Assembly: GCA_043228905.1 (NCBI GenBank)
Contig: JBHGNT010000005.1
Coordinates: 15,810,001 to 15,874,000, forward strand
Origin: Azolla caroliniana
Lineage: Eukaryota; Plantae; Polypodiophyta
Direction: 5' to 3'
Length of the DNA: 64,000 bases
Shown here: positions 57,915-64,000 of the stretch, piece after piece
Numbering within the stretch: the first letter of the stretch is position 1
Layout of the letters: each line of letters opens with the position of its first letter
The notes under the pieces: generated by a model
The model's input: the letters and a program-made list of their open reading frames with translations, nothing else
Database searches by the model: none
What the model was told of the DNA's origin: nothing
Translations under genes and position numbers: made by a program

Positions 57915-60900
57915 TCACTCCGGCATGGGGTATCTTACCAATCCGATTCTCTTCCGGCATGCATCCAGCTTGTCGGGTGTCAGCACTTTGGTCAACATAT
58001 CTGACCCGTTCTCGGCCATGTGGATCTTCGCCAGTGCGAACTCCTGGTCATCTACTGTTTCCCGGATCCAGTGATACCTCCGCTGGATATGCTTCGTCCG
58101 GGAATGGTAGGCCGCATTCTTAGCAAGGTGGATGGCACTTTGACTGTCGCAATAGAGTCGGTATTCCTCTTGCCGTATACCGAGCTCACCGATGAAGTCC
58201 TTCATCCATAAGATTTCCTTGCCGGCTTCCACAGCTGCCATGTACTCCGCCTCTGTGGTTGACAATGCAACCGTCTTCTGCAGCCTCGACTGCCATGAAA
58301 CAGCTCCCCCTGCATATGTCATTACATACCCGGATGTAGACCGGTTGGTATCCACATCAGCCGACATGTCCGAATTGGTGAAACCGTCCAGTTGAGGTTT
58401 TCCGGAGCCGAATCGGAGACACATATTTGAAGTGCCCTTCAAGTACCGGAGTATCTATTTGACTGCGTTCCAGTGCTCCTTGCCGGGATTACTCATGAAC
58501 CGGCTCACCACTCCGACTGCGTATCCTATATCCGGTCGGGTACACACCATAGCGTACATCAAGCTCCCGACGGCAGAGGCATATGGAATCTTCATCATAT
58601 CCACCTTCTCTGCTTTCGTCTTCGGGCTTTGCTTGCCGGATAGCCTACAGTTTGCCGGAAGTGTCGATCCGACCGGTTTCGCTTCTGACATGTTGAACCG
58701 GTGAAGCACCTTTGTCACATACTTCTCCTATGACAGCCATAGTTGCTTCTTTAACCGGTCCCGAATGATGTGCATCCCCAGCATCTGTCTTGCCGGACCC
58801 AAGTCTTTCATTGAGAAGGTCCGGTTGAGAGCCTTCTTCAGCATCCGTATTTTGACTTGGTCACGTCCGACGATCAACATGTCATCCACGTATAGGAGGC
58901 GTATTAGGAAGTACAGGCTCTTCTTCAACCGGCATACCAGGTGCTCCTTCCCTTTCTCCACAAATCCTTTCGGTTGTTGCATGTAGATCTCCTCTTCGAG
59001 GTCGCCGGGAAGGAATGTCGTCTTCACGTCCAGCTGCTCTACCTCGAGGTCCATGCTTGCTGCTATACTCAGCACCGTCCGGATGGAGGTCATCTTTACT
59101 ACCGGGGCAAATATCTCGTCAAAGTCCACGCCCTTCTTCTGCTGGAACCCCTTCACCACGATCCTGGCTTTGTATCTCGGGGGGTTGCCGGCATCTCCCG
59201 GTTTCAACTTGTACACCCACTTGTTTCGGAGTGCCCGCTTTCCTTTTGGCAACTCCACCAATTCATACGTATGGTTCTCATGCAGGGAATCCATCTCATC
59301 CTGCATGGCAGTTAACCATTTTCTGCTGTGGGTGTCTTCCTTTGCCTCTTCGAAGCTTTTCGGCTCCCCCTCATCGGTTAGCAGAACATGCTCTGCATCC
59401 GGAAATCTCCGGGGCGCCCTTCTCTCTCTGAGAGGATATCTACGTCTTCGGGCTTCGGTAACCTGCTCCTCCATTTGCTCTTCATCCGAATCCGATTCGG
59501 GGTCTTGGCCGGTTCCGGTCTCAGGTTCCTCTACTTCTTCTTCTGCCGGTTCGGTATCCTCACTGTAACCGGCTGGTTCCTCGAGTGCTAACCGGTCTCT
59601 TGCCGGTTGCGTCTGCTCATCGTAGAGTCTATCGTTACCGGTTGACTCAAAGTTCATTATCTTCTTTTCCGACTCCCAGTCGGCGAGCGTCTTGTCCTCC
59701 ATGAAGATAATATCTCGACTCCGGAATACCTTCTTGTCGACCGGGTCCCACACTCAGTAGCCGAACTCATCGTCACCGTATCCGAGGAATATGCATGGCC
59801 GGGTCTTTGGATCTAACTTACCTCTCCGGTCCTTAGCTACATGCACGTAAGCGAGACACCCGAACACCCTCAAATGCCGGTAGGACACTTCTTTACCGGT
59901 CCATACTCTCTGTGGCGTGTCTCCGTCCAAGGGTACTGAGGGTGATCTATTTATCACATATGTCGACGTCGACAGTGCCTCAGCCCAAAACTTCTTGGGT
60001 AGTTTTGCATGCGCTAGCATACTCCGGACCCTCTCCATTATGGTCCGGTTCATCCTCTCGGCCAGTCCGTTTAGTTCCGGCATCTTCGGCACAGTAAATT
60101 CGAGCCGGATTCCCTTCGAGCGGCAGTACTCCTCGAACTGCCCCCGGTATTCTCCTCCATTGTCTGCTCGAACCGCCTTCAGCTTCCGGCCGGTTTCTCT
60201 TTCCACTCTCGCGTGGAGCTCTTTGAAGACGGATAGCACCTGATCCTTCGTCTTCAGTGGTGTGGCCCACAGCTTCCGGTTGTGGTCATCTATGAACGTC
60301 ACGAAGTACTGCGCTCCGGCATGTGACTTCATGTCTACTTGACACACATCCGTATGCACCAACTCCAATGGTGCATTACGTCTCATCGGTGGCCTCGGTC
60401 GGAAGGAGGTCCGGTTCTGCTTACCGGCCAGACAATCAATGCACTTCTCTAAGTGCACGTTCTTCACTGGAATGAGGTTGTCGTCTGCAAGCCTCTTCAT
60501 CCCCTTCTCGCTCATATGACACAACCTCTTGTGCCACAGCTCACCGGCAGTGTCGGATGCCACGTTCACTTCTTCGGGACATAACCGGGCATTCATCAGG
60601 TACAACGTGTTGACCTTCCGGGCCCGAGCCACAATCAGGCTCCCTTTGCTGAACTTCATGACCCCATTCCGGATGTTACCCGTGTAGCCTTCATCATCTA
60701 GCCGACCGGCTGATATCAGGTTCAGACGAACCTCCGGAACGTGTCTTACATCCTTCAGCAGCAACTTGCATCCGGTTGGTGTTGACAGCCACACGTCTCC
60801 TATGTCGATAATTCGGCATGTACCTTTATTCCCCATCCGGACACAACCGTGGTCACCGGCTGAGTAGGATGAGAAACATTTCCGGTCCGGGGTAAGGTGG

Positions 60901-61841
60901 AACGACGCTCCGGAGTCTACCACCCAGGTCATCTCGTCGCCGGCAAGGTTTATTTCACTCTCCTCGGTGATGAGCATCAACTCTTCTTCACTTGCCGCGA
61001 TTGCCGTCGTTACCTTCCGGTCCGGCCCCCTCCGGTCTTTACCGTTCCGGTCCGGGGTTTGCTTCGAATCGGTACCGTCGGTTTCCTTGTATTTACGGAA
61101 ATGCCGACAGTTCTTTTGGAAGTGTCCCGGCTTGCCGCAATAGAAGCAAGTAGGCCTCCCCCTTGACTTTGACCGTGTTCCCGACTTCTCCTGGTTCTGG
61201 GGACTACAGTTTCTATGTCTTCCGCGTTCCGATTCGGTAAGGAGCGCTTTGGAGTCGGAGCTCGTATCTTTGTCTTTCCGACGTGCCTCCTCATCTAGCA
61301 AGCTCGACTTTACTCTTGCGAGGGATAACCGTTTTCCTTCCTGCCCGGCGTTGCCCAAAGTGACAACCAACGTCTCCCAGCTATCCGGGAGGGAACCGAG
61401 CAGGAGTAACGCTAATACCTCATCGGCAAGGGGTACTTCCAATGACGTTGCCTGGTGTATCAGCCCCTGGAAGGCATTCATATGCTCCGCCATGCTGGAG
61501 CCATCTTGGTACTGGAGTCTTACTAGCTTCCGGAATACCGAAACCTGATTAACAACATTTTTGTTCTGAAACATTATGCCGATCTTCTCCCAGAGCTCAT
61601 GAGCCTTGCTCTCTTCATCGAAGTTGTTGTACAGGCTCATGTCGATGAAGCACTATATGTACGCCGTTGTCTTCATGTGCATCACCTCCCATATCGCGGC
61701 GTTGATTTTGCCCGGTCTCTTGTCCCCGAACTGAACCGGCAGCCAGAGGTCTTTAACAACGAGCATGTCCCTCATCTTCGACTTCCACACTGAATAGTTG
61801 GAGCCGGTGAGCTTGAACATGCCGCCAAACGATTCGTCCAT
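57915..61841 (-). pseudogene. E gag-pol, few stops, 40-codon in-frame deletion in RT
   Basis: ORFs 59754-61640, 58728-59753, 58455-58718 and 57915-58442; KKSLY|FLIRLLYVDD lacks GLKQ...GGD, which is present in B1. Confidence 0.95.
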
Positions 61842-61871
61842 TTTCTGTGTCGATTTCGCTCTGATACCACT

Positions 61872-62738
61872 TGACGGGAACTTATCGTTCCTTATGTCCA
61901 ACGCTCGGCCACAACCGAGATTCTTCTCATACACTGAAAACAGGAAATAGAACACGACGCAAAGAGGAGAAATGGTACACAGGAGGTTAACGTGGAAAAC
62001 CCCAAACTAGGGGAAAAACCACGGCAGCCCACAGGCTGCAAACTGTCACTATGTAGGAATATACAACAGTGAGTTCACTGAGGCAACGACCTCGTGCTCA
62101 CATATCTTCGCCACAGGCGGCGGTTACAACAGAGGCAACGACCTCGTCTCTCTCTCTGTACAGTTACTTACTCTTACTTCTTCTTACACCAACAAGAAAG
62201 AATGACGACAACACAATATTAGTTTGCCCTAAGTCATATTTATACTAATATGACTTTTCGGCTATTTACAAATATAACCACAATGGGCTCTCAGAAACAT
62301 ATTTACGAATATGTCTCTTCCTTCGGTTCATACCGGGCCTGCACCATCCGGCTCTCCGTAGCCGGGTACTCCTCATCCGGTTCATACCGAGCCTGCACCA
62401 TCCGGCTCTCCGTAGCCGGGTACTCCTCATCCGATTCACACCGGGCCTGTACCATCCGGCTCTCCGTAGCCGAGTACTCCTCATCCGGTTCACACCGGGC
62501 CTATACCATCCGGCTCTCCGTAGCCGAGTACTCCTCATCCGGTTCACACCGGGCCTGTACCATCCGGCTCTCCGTAGCCGAGTACTCCTCATCCGGTTCA
62601 CACCGGGTCTGTATCATCCAGCTCTCCGTAGCCGGGTACTCCTCATACCGTTTCGGTCGAGGCCTATCGGCCGAGGCCGAGTCTGTTCGTCGGCACTGTT
62701 CTTCTCCCTTCCCATCCGGAGGGACCTGTCTCCCAACA
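61872..62738 (-). repeat. 5' LTR of E (contains the same 54-bp array at about 62323-62650)
   Basis: Adjacent to the Met-i PBS; direct repeat of 57043-57904. Confidence 0.95.
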
Positions 62739-63807
62739 CGGGGGACTGCTATATCGGACCGGTGCAGCCGCGCAGTTAGTCAGCTACACCGATGCTAATT
62801 GGGCTGGCAACGCCGCCGATCGCCGATCCACGTCCGAATACGCGTTCTCCCTCGAGAGTGCCGCGATCGCGTGGAGCAGTAAGAAGCAGCCGACAGTTGC
62901 ATTGTCGAGCACCGAAGTTGAGTACCGAGGAGCGGCTGTCGCGACATGCGAAGCCATATGGTTGAAGCAGCTACTTAAGGAGCTGCAAGAGGTGTCAGAT
63001 CCGACGACGATCTCCTACGACAACCTCAGTAGCATCCAGCTCGCGAAAAACCCCGTTTTCCACACGCGGACCAAGCATATTGAGGTGCACTACCATTTCG
63101 TCCGTGAGCGTGTCCTTTCCGGTGAAGTCGAACTTCAGTACGTTCCAACGGATCGGCAAACTGCCGACATCTTCACTAAGCCCCTTGGTCTGGACAAGTT
63201 GCGGCAATTCTCCGGTGCGCTCGGATTGCGTCACCTCGACGTGCCAAACTTGAGGGGGAGAACAGTCCCGAACGACCAAGCAAAGCAGCAGGAAAGGAGC
63301 GGAGGCCGCAACACCGAGTCGGTTGACTCAGCTGTTGACTCGGTTGTCGAGTTCGACTTCGGATCGGCTGAAGAAGCCGAGGGCAGACCCGCGGAAAAGT
63401 CCGAAAGCGGACAAAAGGGGAGCAGCCGAAGGAGAGAGCCAAAGCCAACCACGCATGGGGAAGATGACGCCACCAAGGGCGAGAAGACCGAAGACGAGTT
63501 GGAGACAGCCAACTCGGACGGGAGCGAAAACCGATCGGAGGTAGCCGAGTCGGTTCGAATGTTTGATTCAGATACATTGAATCAACCGAGGCCCAAGCGG
63601 AAGAAAAGGCAGCAGGAGAAGCGTCAACACCACAACAGCAAAAGAGCTGATAAGGGCCGCATGAGCAGACAAGCCGACCGTAAGGGTCGAAGCGCGCGGA
63701 GTCGAACAGGTCGAGGAGCGCGAGCAAGGCGTGAAGCCAGGAGGAACCGGAGCTGTGAGCCCGAGGATCCCGAAGAGCCTCGAGTTGAGCTTGAGGGGGA
63801 GTGTTGA
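62739..63807 (+). pseudogene. D RNase H plus in-frame C-terminal extension of about 185 aa
   Basis: GLLYR...YTDANWAG...KHIEVHYHF...ADIFTK...VPNLRGR...VELEGEC*; the stop lies in the LTR (TGT TGA). Confidence 0.92.
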
Positions 63808-64000
63808 GAGACAAGCTCAACATCGGCCGGATCGGCTGAAGAAGCCGAGGACCGGATCGGTTGGGACCGATCGATTAGGCCGAGTGCGTAAACCGGGAGG
63901 CCGTTAGGAAAGATGTTCCGTGAGGAATATATTTGGGAGTTAGTGTAGGAGCTCTTAAAGAGCATTGAAGTACGGTCAGTACTTCGGTCAGTCCTTCGAG
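63802..64000 (+). repeat. 3' LTR of D (partial)
   Basis: Matches 52816-53014. Confidence 0.94.

Larger units (their letters stand above)
57043..62738 (-). mobile_element. Full-length Ty1/Copia element E (Tork/Tnt1-like) nested in D; TSD CCGGG/CGGGG (1 mismatch)
   Basis: LTRs 57043-57904 and 61872-62738; PBS 61858-61869; PPT 57905-57916. Confidence 0.95.
52816..64000 (+). mobile_element. Ty1/Copia element D (related to C), interrupted by E; 3' LTR runs off the window
   Basis: LTR 52816-53218, PBS TGGTATTAGAGC at 53219, gag-pol, PPT, LTR from 63802. Confidence 0.95.

Noticed and set aside
57430-58074. ORFs with 18-aa repeats (also 62250-62798) and a CRISPR-like look
   Set aside because: These are translations of the 54-bp LTR tandem repeat. 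There are no unique spacers and no cas genes, and the context is eukaryotic.

Overview
Eukaryotic nuclear DNA from a land plant. The PPR motif style (LLEKDIVLGTALVDMYAKCG...) and the DYW subtype point to a leptosporangiate fern; this is inference. About 85% of the window is nested, decayed LTR retrotransposons. Ty1/Copia group 1 (Met-primed): A1 and A2 form a three-LTR tandem at 7844-32871, C lies at 12391-18318, and D runs from 52816 to the window end. Ty1/Copia group 2 (Tnt1/Tto1 (Tork)-like): B1, B3, E and a host fragment. Ty3/Gypsy: G0 is Athila/Tat-related with a 3' extra ORF; G00 is a remnant; G1 (gag only) and G2 (gag-pol) are a tRNA-Trp-primed pair. The only intact host gene is a 23-motif PLS-E-DYW PPR gene (about 46652-50033), followed by a PPR pseudogene. 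LINE and DNA-transposon remnants flank it. Most notable signals: (1) Copia group 1 has two identical PPT motifs enclosing a conserved in-frame Pol C-terminal extension, plus an inverted repeat placing the terminal PPT/LTR junction in a hairpin loop; (2) both Trp-primed Gypsy elements sit at ACGT, with a 4-bp TSD confirmed for G1; (3) the DYW domain has HTH in place of catalytic HxE. All boundaries were read by eye and no database search was run.
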